Positions 36,844-47,773 of a stretch of 64,000 nt of DNA are shown here, in pieces. The stretch is from IMG/VR virus record IMGVR_UViG_3300022213_000237, positions 1-64,000 of that record; one strand, 5' to 3'. The position numbers and the translations under genes were made by a program. The DNA is from a virus. Under the pieces are notes generated by a model, which ran no database searches, was not told the DNA's origin, and was given only the letters and a program-made list of their open reading frames with translations. The first letter of the stretch is position 1; every line of letters starts with the position of its first letter.

Positions 36844-37491
36844 ATGGCAATTAGCCCTCTATCCGTTGCTACAGATGGACTTCAACCGGTTCCTATTGCT
36901 ACATTAAGTGTAGCGACTGCTGGGTATCAATCAAGCAGTGCTCCAACCATTTATGTAAATGGTGTTGGAATTGTTCAAACAATACTATTGGGAAATAGTG
37001 AACTTAACCTACTTACTTCAACAATATCTGCCGGCATTCAACAATCAATTGCTTTAAGTGAGTCTACTGTTGGACTATCGGCGTCCCCGGCTTCTGTAGG
37101 AATTTTAGAGGAGGTACTGGTTGGACGACCAAACATCAATGCCGACGGCTCACCCCTATCGGTCTCCTCCGCTCAAGCCGCAGCCTTGCGAAGTCTTAGT
37201 TTGTTACTTCACGACGCCTTTGCTGATGGTATTGAGAATACTGATTCCGAACATGTAGCAGATCGAATCAAAGTATTCGTGAATTTGTCCGCGCTTCAAC
37301 AAGAACAAGTTGAAAACATATTCAATGAAGCCGCAGCCGCATTTACCAGGGCTCTGAACATTCCAGGAGAGCTGCCTACCACCAGTAATGATAGTTCTGT
37401 TACATTGGCCAAATTGACGACCACACCAGGCAGCACGGGTTCATTGACGTTCGTGGACGGTATTTTAACGGTTAAGGTAGATCCTACTTAG
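36844..37491 (+). CDS. Virion protein with C-terminal paralog of 31360-31701
   Basis: See paralog motifs above. Confidence 0.6.
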   Translation: MAISPLSVATDGLQPVPIATLSVATAGYQSSSAPTIYVNGVGIVQTILLGNSELNLLTSTISAGIQQSIALSESTVGLSASPASVGILEEVLVGRPNINADGSPLSVSSAQAAALRSLSLLLHDAFADGIENTDSEHVADRIKVFVNLSALQQEQVENIFNEAAAAFTRALNIPGELPTTSNDSSVTLAKLTTTPGSTGSLTFVDGILTVKVDPT

Positions 37492-38215
37492 CTTTCAGAA
37501 CCCGTAATCACTCCAATCTTCGTTCCAATCTTCGCTCCACTCTTCGAAAGGATCTTGTCTTTCGGAAATGAACCCGCTCTCGAGATCTTCAACGTAATCA
37601 CCCCTAGCATTACAGGCCAGACAAATAGGAGCCATTAGCGGTTCCTTTTCCCACTCCCATTCGTGGGGAGAATCGAAGTGAGTAGAGGTCCCATCAGGCA
37701 GTTTAGAAGTACCAGGAGTATTTGCGTACATCTTATACAGAGCCTGTACTCGTTCTTCAGTCCACGGCTTAAAAGTGGATTGAACTTTATTTGGCGGCTG
37801 CGAAGGCGGACTAGGCTTCTTCTTTACTGCTTTCTTGGTTTTCTTTACTTTAACCTTTTTCATGTCCAATCCGCTTCCTTAAGAGTTTTGAGGAATTCTT
37901 CGTCCAAATCTTCGGCCTCTTCATCGCTGCCCGAACAAGTAGACGTGATTCGATTCCTGAAGAACCATTGATAGTCCCCATCTGGGGATATTTCTAAGTC
38001 GGCGTAGGAGTTATTTCTGCTCCACATGAGGACTAGATTTTTGTCTTCGTTGAGATAAATGGCTGGAGCAGGCACTGCCTCAAATCCTTTATCTATTAGA
38101 TTCAAAAATTATGAAAAGCAATACATTGGAACCCGGTAACGGCGGCCTCAAAGGCTTTAACGGCTTCAATCCATTCTTTAGATCGCTTATAGTCTGACAT
38201 GATTGCTCCAAAAGA

Positions 38216-38254
38216 AAAACACTCTAGCACATGGAGAGGATGCTAGAGTGTTTT
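38216..38254. terminator. Bidirectional terminator-like hairpin
   Basis: AAAACACTCTAGCA...TGCTAGAGTGTTTT. Confidence 0.7.
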
Positions 38255-38269
38255 GACTACTACTTCAGG

Positions 38270-38527
38270 TTAGAAAGCTGCGAATACGGTGGCACCGTTA
38301 CGGCGTACGGGGCCACGTGGATCGAAAACGACTTTGATGTCGCCTGCGGCCTCGAGTTCATAGGTACGGGCTCGAACAGAAGCAGGCCGAACACCGGTTC
38401 CGTCGTCGTTAACAAAGCGTTTGTTAATTGATTCGTAGGCCTCGCGCACGGTGACGCCATTGCGGCGACGCTTTGCCATTTGGAGAATGAGTTGCTTGAG
38501 AGTTACGTTTTTGGTTGTAGTTGTCAT
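38270..38527 (-). CDS. Small basic winged-helix-like DNA-binding protein
   Basis: TLKQLIL...GVTVREAY...ASVRARTYEL; AAGGA RBS. Confidence 0.5.
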   Translation of the reverse strand: MTTTTKNVTLKQLILQMAKRRRNGVTVREAYESINKRFVNDDGTGVRPASVRARTYELEAAGDIKVVFDPRGPVRRNGATVFAAF

Positions 38528-39690
38528 TGCTTAAAATTCCTTGTGAGTTTGAGTCGGTGCTCGGTCTATTTGTAACGGGAAGATCTATTTGCATTCACAC
38601 GTGGTCGTGCCGTAAGGACCGGCGTAGCCGCAGGAGCGAACCCCGTTGGAACACACCTCCTTACATTCTTCACACACAGACTTCTTGGGCAGCTTACATG
38701 CGGGCGTACCTCCATCAGGCGCAGTCGACGGCTCCGTCGTAGACAGAAGAGACATAAGCAAAAAGATTTTCATGAGTTTTCCTCTTTGGGGAGTACTGAT
38801 TTTTGTAGCGTCGCGATCTTATCCGCTAACACCCAATTCCCTTTTTCAGATATTCGACTTGGCGTCGAAGCTCCGCGTTCTCGCCCCTAGCGGCTCTACG
38901 GTCTTTTTCGGCTTTGAGCTTTGCCGCCGCCCACCTTTCGTTGGCAGCAATCAGCGCGTTCCGTAACCTCTCAATTTCTTTGAGTGCCTCATCAAGAGTG
39001 AGGGGCATGGGGGCTTGTTCTCTCACTTTAAGGCTCCGTAAGGAGTAAAGACAGGGCAATAGTCCGTGTGCGTGGGTCCATAGCCGGTGGCGTCGTAATA
39101 ACACCAAAGACAGTGGCCGTTAGAGTCAGGGTGAGCATCCACAGCCTTTGCGGTAGCGGTAACTCCTAAGTCGTAGGCCTCGAGTAAGAGCTGTCTATAC
39201 TTCTTCACTTCGCCTCTCAGCCTTTTAACCTCATTCACCAACATCATCGAATCTTCGCCAGTACATATTTCACAGCGCTCCCAGGGATCGCGCCCATGAA
39301 CGCATTGTAGAGGGGCGGCGTCGTAAGGAATCTCGAAAGCTTCGTTGGCCCGGTCCTGGATTTCTTGTAATTGATCTTCAGTCATTTTTTAACCACCTGA
39401 CATATCCGTCTTCAATCCAAGTAACCATGTTGTTGCATCCGGGGCATGGCTCAGCAGCATACCCCGTCTTCGTATACCCCGTCTTCGTATACAAAGGCGA
39501 CTTAGGTAATGGATATCCGCACGGCTCCCAAGGGCATCTTGGGGTTCTTTTGCGCTTCTCGCCCAGGACGTGCTCGGCTAGCGCGTATCCAGCACAAAAG
39601 AAGAAAAATGCGAGAATAGGGCCGATAATGATTAGAGGTTCCAAAAATAACTCCTTGACAATTACAGTGTTTTATGGTTTAGTTGTGAAC

Positions 39691-39966
39691 ATGAAAACTT
39701 ACTTACTGTTGTTTACCGCCTTGATCTCTGCCTGTACCTCCAAGACGCCACGCGTCAAGGAGGTCTGCGACCATCTGGGCGGTAACAAAGAAACCCACGA
39801 TTTCTGTATCAATAAGCTTGGATACATGAAGGAATACGCGCTTTTGCCCACGACTCCAGTAGAGCAAAAAGAGTATTACGACAAATTCATGCGATGCCTC
39901 ATGAAGCAAGACAATTGGGACGAGGCAGGTGAAGTGTGCTCTTCACTTAAGGTCGAAGAACCTTAA
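39691..39966 (+). CDS. Putative lipoprotein
   Basis: MKTYLLLFTALISA-C lipobox; TTGACA(39655)-17-TTTAGT promoter fixes the start. Confidence 0.65.
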   Translation: MKTYLLLFTALISACTSKTPRVKEVCDHLGGNKETHDFCINKLGYMKEYALLPTTPVEQKEYYDKFMRCLMKQDNWDEAGEVCSSLKVEEP

Positions 39967-40183
39967 GTGATGCCGTGTTTAGTGTCGTAGTAATTCCACC
40001 AAAGGGTCAGAATGAACGAGTTCAGCCAGACCGATGGTGCGCCCAGTGTTACGCCGTAGATGTGAAAAGGAAACGTATTACAGGCGTGTCCCACAAGAGC
40101 CAGGACCATGAATCGACCCAAAGTTTTTATAGTTTTGTCCATAAGAGCAATATACCTACAGATCAATTCGGTATGAAGGAGAC

Positions 40184-41548
40184 ATGTATGGAATAGCTAA
40201 CAACCTTCCGGTACCATTGCTGCTTGCTATTGAGGATGTGCACGGGGAGCGCGTTTTCACCATAGACGGCAACGGAGCCACGACCTTCGGTCCGCATTAT
40301 GACGAAGACGAAGCCCTGCGCATACTGCGTTCTGTCTTCGGGTTTACATCATCTGATCAATATGTTGATTTTGCTTTTCGAGATGCCGCAAACAATACTT
40401 TAATTGAGTCAAAAACTAGGGGCGAAGTGAGCTTCAGCCCTAAAATCACCGACAGAAGAGTTATTAGTTTATTCCGGCGCATGGCTCACTATGTAGGTAA
40501 GTGTACGTGCGGCGCCGATTCCTGTGGACATCCTAACCATTCGTCTTGGTGCGATAAGGTATAAACATGGAAGACTTGACTTACGATGATTGGAAAGAAG
40601 ACGGAGTCGCGTGCAGACGCTGTGGCAAGCCCGTTGAAGGCTTAATTTTAAAAACAAATGGTGCGAGCAGCACTCATTTGAGCTTGACCGGCTGCTGCGG
40701 TCCCACAAATGTATTTTACGCCTGGAAAGAAAAATCGAGTCTCCCATCGTTTGATGAGAGCAAAGAACTTGCTTGGATTAATCAGTTGTATTGCCGGCGT
40801 ACAGAGTCTGTGAGTAACGCGCTACCGATGCAGCCAACTACACGTCTTTGTAACTGCCCAATATCGTCGCTAATGGTTTCGGGTTGCCGCTGCGGCGGGA
40901 AGTAGATCCTACAGTAGAAGAGTGAAGAGCCACCTCGTGGTTGGGGTTGTTGACGGTGTGGGTTCCGAGCCGTGGCTAATTCGGGGCCGTCGATCCACCG
41001 GCTTTATTCAATTTAATGGATAAAGAAAAAGAAATTGAATTAGAATATTTGCGGAGCATTACCCGCTGCAAATATTTATTTATTAATCCGAATTATCCTG
41101 AATTAAATTTAACCATGTGGTGCCCATGCTCCAAGGTCACTGGCCATAAAGATAGATGTGGGTAAAGGTGGTGCAAATGAATATAGAAGAAGCTACATAT
41201 TTGGACGAAGTGCTGGAAGCCCTCATGCCCTTGCTTACGCCGAGTGAAATACTGGAGTTGCTTGGGAGCGATAACGTGCATCATGTGAGCGCCATGTGTA
41301 GGGGCATGTCGTTTTTAGATCGCTACGAACTCTCATTCCATTGGGCCGAGTTCGAGGCAGCTGTAAGGGCTCTGCTACTGCACCCAAATTGGGGCGTGGT
41401 GATTACGGCCCTGGACACACTGCGAGCCATTAAAGCCTACGATTCTATTACGTTTAAAATGGTTTGCGAACTCGCGAAGTCACCCATTCCCATAGTTGCC
41501 CAAAACGCTGACTATTGGCTTGTGGAAGCACTCGATGACGAGATGTGA
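40184..41548 (+). other. Small plus-strand genes (40184-40564, 40567-40905, 41016-41165, about 41177-41548)
   Basis: RBSs; Cys-rich C-termini. Confidence 0.5.
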
Positions 41549-42066
41549 ATCACTTCTTGAAGTATTTGGAATGACAAGCGGTTCCCACAGGCCAACCGCC
41601 CATATATCCAGGGTCTTCTTCGGGGCTCGACTCGTCTCCCCAGTCTGAACCACCGTTGATGACCACTGCGAAGTGAGGCCACTCCCAAGGTCCGCCCTTC
41701 ACGCCCTTGCCGCAAATAGCGCATGGAGTCTCTCCGTCGACACATTTCCTGCTGTTTTCTCGGTACTTTGGCCCGCTAAAGGGCGGTATCGTGTAGCTCA
41801 TGTTACCTCCCCTAACACTCTCGATCAAGGATTTTTGATTCAGCCAATCGATTCGCGGCTTCACCCTCGGACTCTCCGACACGGGCTCTAACTTCTCGGG
41901 AGTCTGCACACACGATAGCAAGCATCAGGTAGGAGTTTGAGCCATTGGATCGCCGTACTTGGCGTTGGAGTTTTTCCTCAGCTTGTTCCGCAGCCTCAAG
42001 AGAGCGATGACGAGAGATGACTCGGATGCAGGGGAGAGAAGTCTTATTGAGCAGGTAGTAAGTATT

Positions 42067-42105
42067 CATAGTGGTCTTTATACAGGATCTTTTATCGGGA
42101 GTCAA
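42067..42105 (-). promoter_or_regulatory. sigma70-type early promoter, ATG 7 nt downstream of -10
   Basis: TTGACT-17-TATAAA-gaccact-ATG. Confidence 0.85.
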
Positions 42106-42139
42106 GAGTGTCTTGTGTGTGGTTTTTGAATACATGTAC

Positions 42140-42193
42140 GTTACCAAAAGGTAACGTTTTGGAGGATTGGATGTTACCAAAAGGTAACGTTTT
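42140..42193. repeat. Tandem palindromes GTTACC-AAAA-GGTAAC (x2, 33-bp period)
   Basis: Identical 21-mers at 42140-42160 and 42173-42193. Confidence 0.9.
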
Positions 42194-42509
42194 ATCCGTA
42201 CAAAGGGAATCTCTTTGATTAGAAGATCTATTTGTGTCCGGAACGCGGTCGAGGTCGACCTAGCCCCTCAATTCGCGTCTCGGGCATGCGTATGTCCTAC
42301 GCAGCCCGCAGGTTAGCTACATCCCATCCACCGTACCAAGCTTCCATGAGCTTAAGCGCTTGGCTTCTTTCCAGACCGTCGGCCTCAAGTCCTTGAACGA
42401 AGGCAACAAACTCGACATCCAGGGCAATGATACGCCTTGCACCGGCCACGAAGGCGTCATGTCCGAATTGAGCTGCTTTTGCTGCGCGAGCATTTCGTTC
42501 GTTGTTGTT

Positions 42510-42548
42510 CATGAGTGTCTTTATATAGAATCCTTTATTCGTTGTCAA
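42510..42548 (-). promoter_or_regulatory. sigma70-type early promoter
   Basis: TTGACAacgaataaaggattctaTATAAAgacactcATG. Confidence 0.85.
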
Positions 42549-42728
42549 CATCCTTTTCTTACAAATCTTCGTTCTCATGAACATATTGAGTAAAATCTTC
42601 TGTCGAGCGTCTGGTTTCACCTGCTAACGATTGCGCAAGGCCACGACGTACCGATGAAAGCATATCCGGATATCGCCACCATAACAATAATTCATATAGC
42701 CATATTTTAAGCCGTAGTTTCATTTATT

Positions 42729-43103
42729 TCACCTCCAGACGTGCACTTCCGCATCAGGATAGTTCTTACACGCTTGCAGATACCGTTTAACGAATTCTAC
42801 AAGATTTTCGTAAGTTCCCCAGCCATTTGCCGCATTTAGCTTTTTAAAACGCTCCGGATCCTCTTGAAGCTTTTGAAGCCCCGCAGTCAAAGGCACAATC
42901 AACCGCCTTGCGAACTTCGAATCGTGCTCATTGGGTTGCCACAATATCTCGTAAATACCAGCCTCTTTGGCCATGGGGGCTAGGTTGTGTGTGATGTTGG
43001 CCGAATAGTGTTCGGGACGAGTTTTGGCGGTATGCTTGTGTCCACAGTCGCATACACACTCGACCTCAACTTCCGGTCCTTCAAGGTAGATATCAAGGCT
43101 CAT
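42729..43103 (-). CDS. Conserved phage hypothetical protein
   Basis: MSLDIYL...NITHNL..MA..AG.Y...NGWG.Y pattern. Confidence 0.6.
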   Translation of the reverse strand: MSLDIYLEGPEVEVECVCDCGHKHTAKTRPEHYSANITHNLAPMAKEAGIYEILWQPNEHDSKFARRLIVPLTAGLQKLQEDPERFKKLNAANGWGTYENLVEFVKRYLQACKNYPDAEVHVWR

Positions 43104-43831
43104 AAATTATATCTCAATTCCAAGGGCTGCACAACTCTCTTTCATTTCCCGCAGAGACCACTCGTCAATGAGCCTGCTCACCTCAGATTGCAAACCCAAG
43201 GTGTCCGCAAGTTCCCATAAGGCCTTGTTCCTTTCGCGATGAAGGCGGAGATCTCCTCCTCTTAAAGTCTCTTCCGTGAGACTCCGTAGTTGTAGAGCAA
43301 TACCCAATGCTGACTGACGCTTTACCAATAGGGCCTGCCTTTCGAATTCGGAGTAGTCGGTATCGGCTTGACCTCTTCATGCCCGCATTTTTTTAGAAGT
43401 CTTCTTGGGCGGCTTTTCTTTGTCGGCAACACCTAGGTTAACCCTCGACGCAAGATCTTCGTACTTGTTCTTCCAGTAGTGGACGTCGCACAGGTCACCC
43501 TGGTCAATGTACTCCTTGTGGAGATTGAAGGCGAACGAACCGCAACAGGTAGCAAAGAGGTTCCCATTGGCGTCAATATCTGTTTTTCTTTGTTTGCAGG
43601 TTTTCATGGGAATTATCCAATGGCGACAATGTGAACAGACCAGACACCTGTAATGCAGCCCAGCATAAAACACCAGTCTTCGGCGGCCTCGCGGGTGGAG
43701 AACATCTTAATTCCGGCGCTTGAAAGAGTATCGACGTTCTTGCGTCGGCCCACGTACTTGCCGTCTGCCAGGAGGATGACGTATCGAGCGTAGTTCCCGT
43801 TCTCTTCGTTTGTATGGAGTTCAGTTCGTTT

Positions 43832-43870
43832 CATGGGTACCTTTATACAGAATCCTTTATTCGTTGTCAA
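43832..43870 (-). promoter_or_regulatory. sigma70-type early promoter
   Basis: TTGACAacgaataaaggattctgTATAAAggtacccATG. Confidence 0.85.
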
Positions 43871-44686
43871 GGGCCTACTTAGTTACGGTTGCGATAAAAG
43901 CTCTAGGGTCTTTAACTTCCCCCGTGTTTCCCCACCTGTTCTTGATGACCTCTGTTCGGCCAGACCGCAGGTGGACACAAACTACAAGATTTGCCATCTG
44001 GACAGTCTCATATTCTGAGAGCCAGTAGAACGGAGTGTCAGAGCGGTCTTGCTTCCATGTGCAGTTCTTCTCGATCACGGTCCCGTCATGCATCACGGCG
44101 AGCACCCTGTAGTCGTTCTCTTCGTTTGTGTGTCGTTTCATGGTTGCTTTTTATTCGTTGTCAAGCATGTTCCCTTTTAATCGTCGTGTGCGAAATCGTT
44201 AGCCGCTCTTTCTCCGGCGGAGTCGTCGAGTTCACCTTGTAGGCGTTTGATTTCGTTCTGTAGCGCTTCAATAAAAGCTCTAAGGGCTTGGACCTCGGAC
44301 TCCAGGTCCGTGAAGCGATTTTCTAAGACGGTAACGGGTGACGCCACCGGTTCCTGCCTTCTTTGTAAGTATTGGTCAATATTGAATTTGTAAGTATTGT
44401 ACGCGGTCTGTGTGACAAAACGGGGATTCATGGTACCGTTGTAGACGTGACCGATTTGGGTCACGCCAATACCACGGAAGGTACGGGTGTAGCCGTCGAT
44501 TTCTTTCAAGGTGTAAGAAACTGAATTGTTGGATGTAGTGTCTACGCTACTCACTTTAAACCAGCCGGAAGCGTTAGTCATGTCGCCCGTGTAGTAGATC
44601 TTGTCGTTGATTGCGATTTTGTTGTCGTTCATGGGTACCTTTATACGGTATCGCGTAGATCTTTGGCAAGCCCCAATCTTTACGGC

Positions 44687-46312
44687 ATGAATTCTGATCA
44701 AAGAAGCGCCCTAAATGAGGCCTTTAATCGCCTACTTGTTGAATCGGGTCTTCCAAATATACCGGAATTTGATCTCGCCGCCTCTATTGAGAGCGTAGAC
44801 GACATTCAAGCGCTTCAAGCCGCTGTCGTGCCCCTGCAATCTGCTACCGACACTCTAGCTGCGGGTCCGGTCACCGGCCTGGAAATTTCAGGATTTACGG
44901 GCGATGCGACTCAGAAGGTATTCGGGGCCACGGCACTCGATACGGGTTTGGCCACGGGTGTAAATGCCGGCACTGCGGGTGCCGCTACCACGGCCACCGC
45001 GCTTAAAAAGCCTGGCGCTGCCGCTAACTGGACGGCTTCTGACCTTAAAGGCCGTTGGCTTCTGATTACTGGCGGTGGCGGTTACGTCGCGGGCGAACTC
45101 ACGTTAAGACCCATTGTCGCCAATACCACGGACACCATCACCCTGGCTTCTGTACCTGGAATGGATAACACCACCACATTCCAGATAGTTACGCTCGCGT
45201 CTTCACTCCAAGTGATTGGGGGCGATGATGTGGCGTTGAGAATTCTTAATAATCAGGCCCCGATAGAGATAGTGGGTGTCAACTTCGCAGACGATTCCGG
45301 CGACTACTTCGTGGAACTGCTCGACAACGCGAAGGTAACCTTCATAGGCTGCCATTTCGATGGCATTCCCACGCTAGATGGTTTTTCTGCTGCACGTAAT
45401 GCCACCGTAGCTCTTCGTCATTGTCAATTCTCTGGTGGTGCGGGCGCCACCGTTTCAAAAGGTTCTTATCTCGAGCTTACTGACGTTCTGTGTCTAGCTG
45501 GAGGTCAAATCGAAGCCAACGCCGTTGCTGCCGTGGATGTACGCACACTCGTAGCCGCTGACGCCACAGGCAACGCTCTTCGTCTAATTGGTGTAGGTGT
45601 GGCCACCGCCGAGGTTTCGGCCTCTGATGGTGGCGCCACAGCCGTTTACCTCGAATCCGTGGCTCAATTCACGGCAGTAGGTACTCTGCTAGTGGGCACG
45701 GGTAACACCGGCTACGGAATCGAAATGGCTGGTGGTTCGGGTGATGCCGAAATCACCGGCTGTACGATTACGGGAACCACCGGAGACATCAACTTCTTTG
45801 GTAACAACTTATCTTACGCCACACTCACTAACCCCGCATACGGCGTAGTGAAGGGCTATGGCTCTAGAGCCACGGCTTCGGTGGCGCCCACTAAGGCTCT
45901 CACTTACGGTAACTACACATTCGTAGGCTCTATCGACATTTCTGGTCGATTACTGCTCTACGGGTACATGAACATTTCCGCGAATCTCGTCGTGCCCACC
46001 CTCACTGGCACCCAGGTGCTTGACATGGAAGCGGGTACCATTGACGATGTGTGGGCTAACTTCGGTCAAATTCGCGGCATGCTCGAAGTGGAGTGTAACT
46101 CCGCTACGGCAGTCATTCGATTGCCTTCTGGGGCTGCGATCGCGGGCGTGATTGTAGTCGTCGCCAATACCGGCTCTCAGACCGCGCTCATCGAACCTCC
46201 AACAGGTGGTGTTCTAAATGGCGGCGCAAATGCCACCGTGGCTGCGGGTACGGCGAAAAAATTCATTTCGTTGAACGGTAACGGCGGCAAGAACTACTAC
46301 ACGATTTCGTAA
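44687..46312 (+). CDS. Tailspike/fibre-like protein with right-handed beta-helix
   Basis: Late motif at 44675; G/A/T-rich pectate-lyase-like repeats; shared N-terminal helix. Confidence 0.65.
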   Translation: MNSDQRSALNEAFNRLLVESGLPNIPEFDLAASIESVDDIQALQAAVVPLQSATDTLAAGPVTGLEISGFTGDATQKVFGATALDTGLATGVNAGTAGAATTATALKKPGAAANWTASDLKGRWLLITGGGGYVAGELTLRPIVANTTDTITLASVPGMDNTTTFQIVTLASSLQVIGGDDVALRILNNQAPIEIVGVNFADDSGDYFVELLDNAKVTFIGCHFDGIPTLDGFSAARNATVALRHCQFSGGAGATVSKGSYLELTDVLCLAGGQIEANAVAAVDVRTLVAADATGNALRLIGVGVATAEVSASDGGATAVYLESVAQFTAVGTLLVGTGNTGYGIEMAGGSGDAEITGCTITGTTGDINFFGNNLSYATLTNPAYGVVKGYGSRATASVAPTKALTYGNYTFVGSIDISGRLLLYGYMNISANLVVPTLTGTQVLDMEAGTIDDVWANFGQIRGMLEVECNSATAVIRLPSGAAIAGVIVVVANTGSQTALIEPPTGGVLNGGANATVAAGTAKKFISLNGNGGKNYYTIS

Positions 46313-46322
46313 GGAGTTCCCA

Positions 46323-47363
46323 GTGGTTATGAAACGCGGATGCGCCCACGTAAAGGGTCTTTACACCGTACCTGGCGGCAGTGGCACCCAGCTGGCCGAT
46401 GGTGCGGCTAAAATCAAACAGCTTGGTCTCAAGGTTTTGAAGATTTACTTGACCTCCGACTACCTCACCGACTACCCGCTCCAAAGCTCTTGGTCTGCGG
46501 TTCCCACGACTCTTACGGAATTGGTACAAACCACTCAGTATCAAGACATTCTCGCCGATTCTTGGTGGGAGACGATTATCTTCACGGGATTCACCTTCGC
46601 CAACGGTTCTACTAATTGGTGGCGCGTCAACCCCTCGAATGCAAAATTTCAGGCCGAATACGATGAGCTGTACGACCTCGGAGTGTACCTGCTTGGTTCG
46701 CCACATCCGGCGAGGAGATACGTGATTCAGAACTGGGAAGGCGACTGGGCACTGATGGATGTTGCTGGTGTGCCTGCAACCGTTGTTGATTACACCATGA
46801 TCCCACGTTATGCCGCGTTTCTGGCGCACAGACAACTTGCTGTCGCCGATGCCCGCAAAGACACTGCCTCAGCCAGCAGCCTTGCCATGGCTGTGGAATT
46901 GAATCGTGTCGTAGATGCTTTTCAATTCCCGGCGCGCCGCCGCATCATCAAAGACATTGCGAAACGTCTTCAGCCGGACATCATTTCCTATTCTGCTTAT
47001 GACAGCACAATCGTGGACCAAGGTGGTTGGGGCGCTTCCACCGCCGCGTGGATAGCCGCGACCACACCCGTCTTCACGAAGGCCATCAGACAGATTAAAG
47101 CCGCATTTCCGGGTGTACCCATTCAAATAGGTGAGTATGGATTTCCGGAGAATGAGGCACCGGTAGGCCACGACCTCTACGCCATGAACCAGCTTGTAAA
47201 CGACATCTGTGAAGCCGAAGGAATCAAGACGCTGGTCTACTGGGAAGTGTTTGATAACGAGCAAGGACAAGGTGGACCCGGTACTTACCGTGGTTACTGG
47301 TTCTTTGAGCCCGACGGGACGAAGACCATTGCGGGCCAGTTCTTCGAAGACATGGGACCTTAG
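46323..47363 (+). CDS. Putative glycoside hydrolase (clan GH-A-like TIM barrel)
   Basis: QNWEGDW (acid/base-like), ISYSAY, IGEYG (nucleophile-like), YWE.FDNE. Confidence 0.6.
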   Translation: MVMKRGCAHVKGLYTVPGGSGTQLADGAAKIKQLGLKVLKIYLTSDYLTDYPLQSSWSAVPTTLTELVQTTQYQDILADSWWETIIFTGFTFANGSTNWWRVNPSNAKFQAEYDELYDLGVYLLGSPHPARRYVIQNWEGDWALMDVAGVPATVVDYTMIPRYAAFLAHRQLAVADARKDTASASSLAMAVELNRVVDAFQFPARRRIIKDIAKRLQPDIISYSAYDSTIVDQGGWGASTAAWIAATTPVFTKAIRQIKAAFPGVPIQIGEYGFPENEAPVGHDLYAMNQLVNDICEAEGIKTLVYWEVFDNEQGQGGPGTYRGYWFFEPDGTKTIAGQFFEDMGP

Positions 47364-47728
47364 TCTTCCGGGACTTCGAGGTTTTCTTTACGCGCGAACT
47401 CTTTGAGGTTGTATTCCATGGCCTCGACACTAAAGGCTGTGTCGTGACACTCCTGCAACCTTCTTAGGAAGGCTTCTTCTCCATCGGTGGGAATCAAGTC
47501 CGGGTAGACGTTATCGACTAGCTCGATTACGCCCTTACCCTCGATGTTGGGCGAGTACCGTTCATCAGGAATCAGAAAGCCGATGGCACACTTTCTGCCG
47601 CCATCACCGCGATAGGCGCACGTAATATTTTGTGGCACCAAAGGGTCTAGGCCCCTGACTTCGGACCCCTTAAACCCCTGAGACTTCAGACCCCTGTAAG
47701 CGATGTTAAAAATTTCTTGTCGCGTCAT
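47360..47728 (-). CDS. Conserved phage hypothetical protein
   Basis: CAYRG..GRKCAIG.LIPD..Y...LQ.CHD; GATC-class motif at 47747. Confidence 0.6.
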   Translation of the reverse strand: MTRQEIFNIAYRGLKSQGFKGSEVRGLDPLVPQNITCAYRGDGGRKCAIGFLIPDERYSPNIEGKGVIELVDNVYPDLIPTDGEEAFLRRLQECHDTAFSVEAMEYNLKEFARKENLEVPED

Positions 47729-47773
47729 AAAGTCACTATACCATGAGATCTACGCGACCACAATCTTGACGTC

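Larger units (their letters stand above)
37495..39644 (-). other. Cluster of small minus-strand hypothetical genes
   Basis: Tightly packed ORFs with overlapping stops/starts; GATC-class motifs at 38582 and 38815. Confidence 0.5.
41550..44632 (-). other. Early-gene cluster of small hypothetical ORFs; true starts likely 42069, 42512, 43834, 44141, 44632
   Basis: Starts directly follow sigma70 promoter elements. Confidence 0.55.

Noticed and set aside
30380-37491. Absence of recognisable baseplate wedge, capsid, portal and terminase genes as evidence of a tailocin or defective element
   Set aside because: The window is a fragment and large phages often split structural modules; these genes may lie outside it
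39427-44701. ORF-track starts at 39427, 42180, 42620, 43870, 44663 and 44701
   Set aside because: They run through clear promoter elements; downstream ATGs (39691, 42069, 42512, 43834, 44687, 44632) fit better
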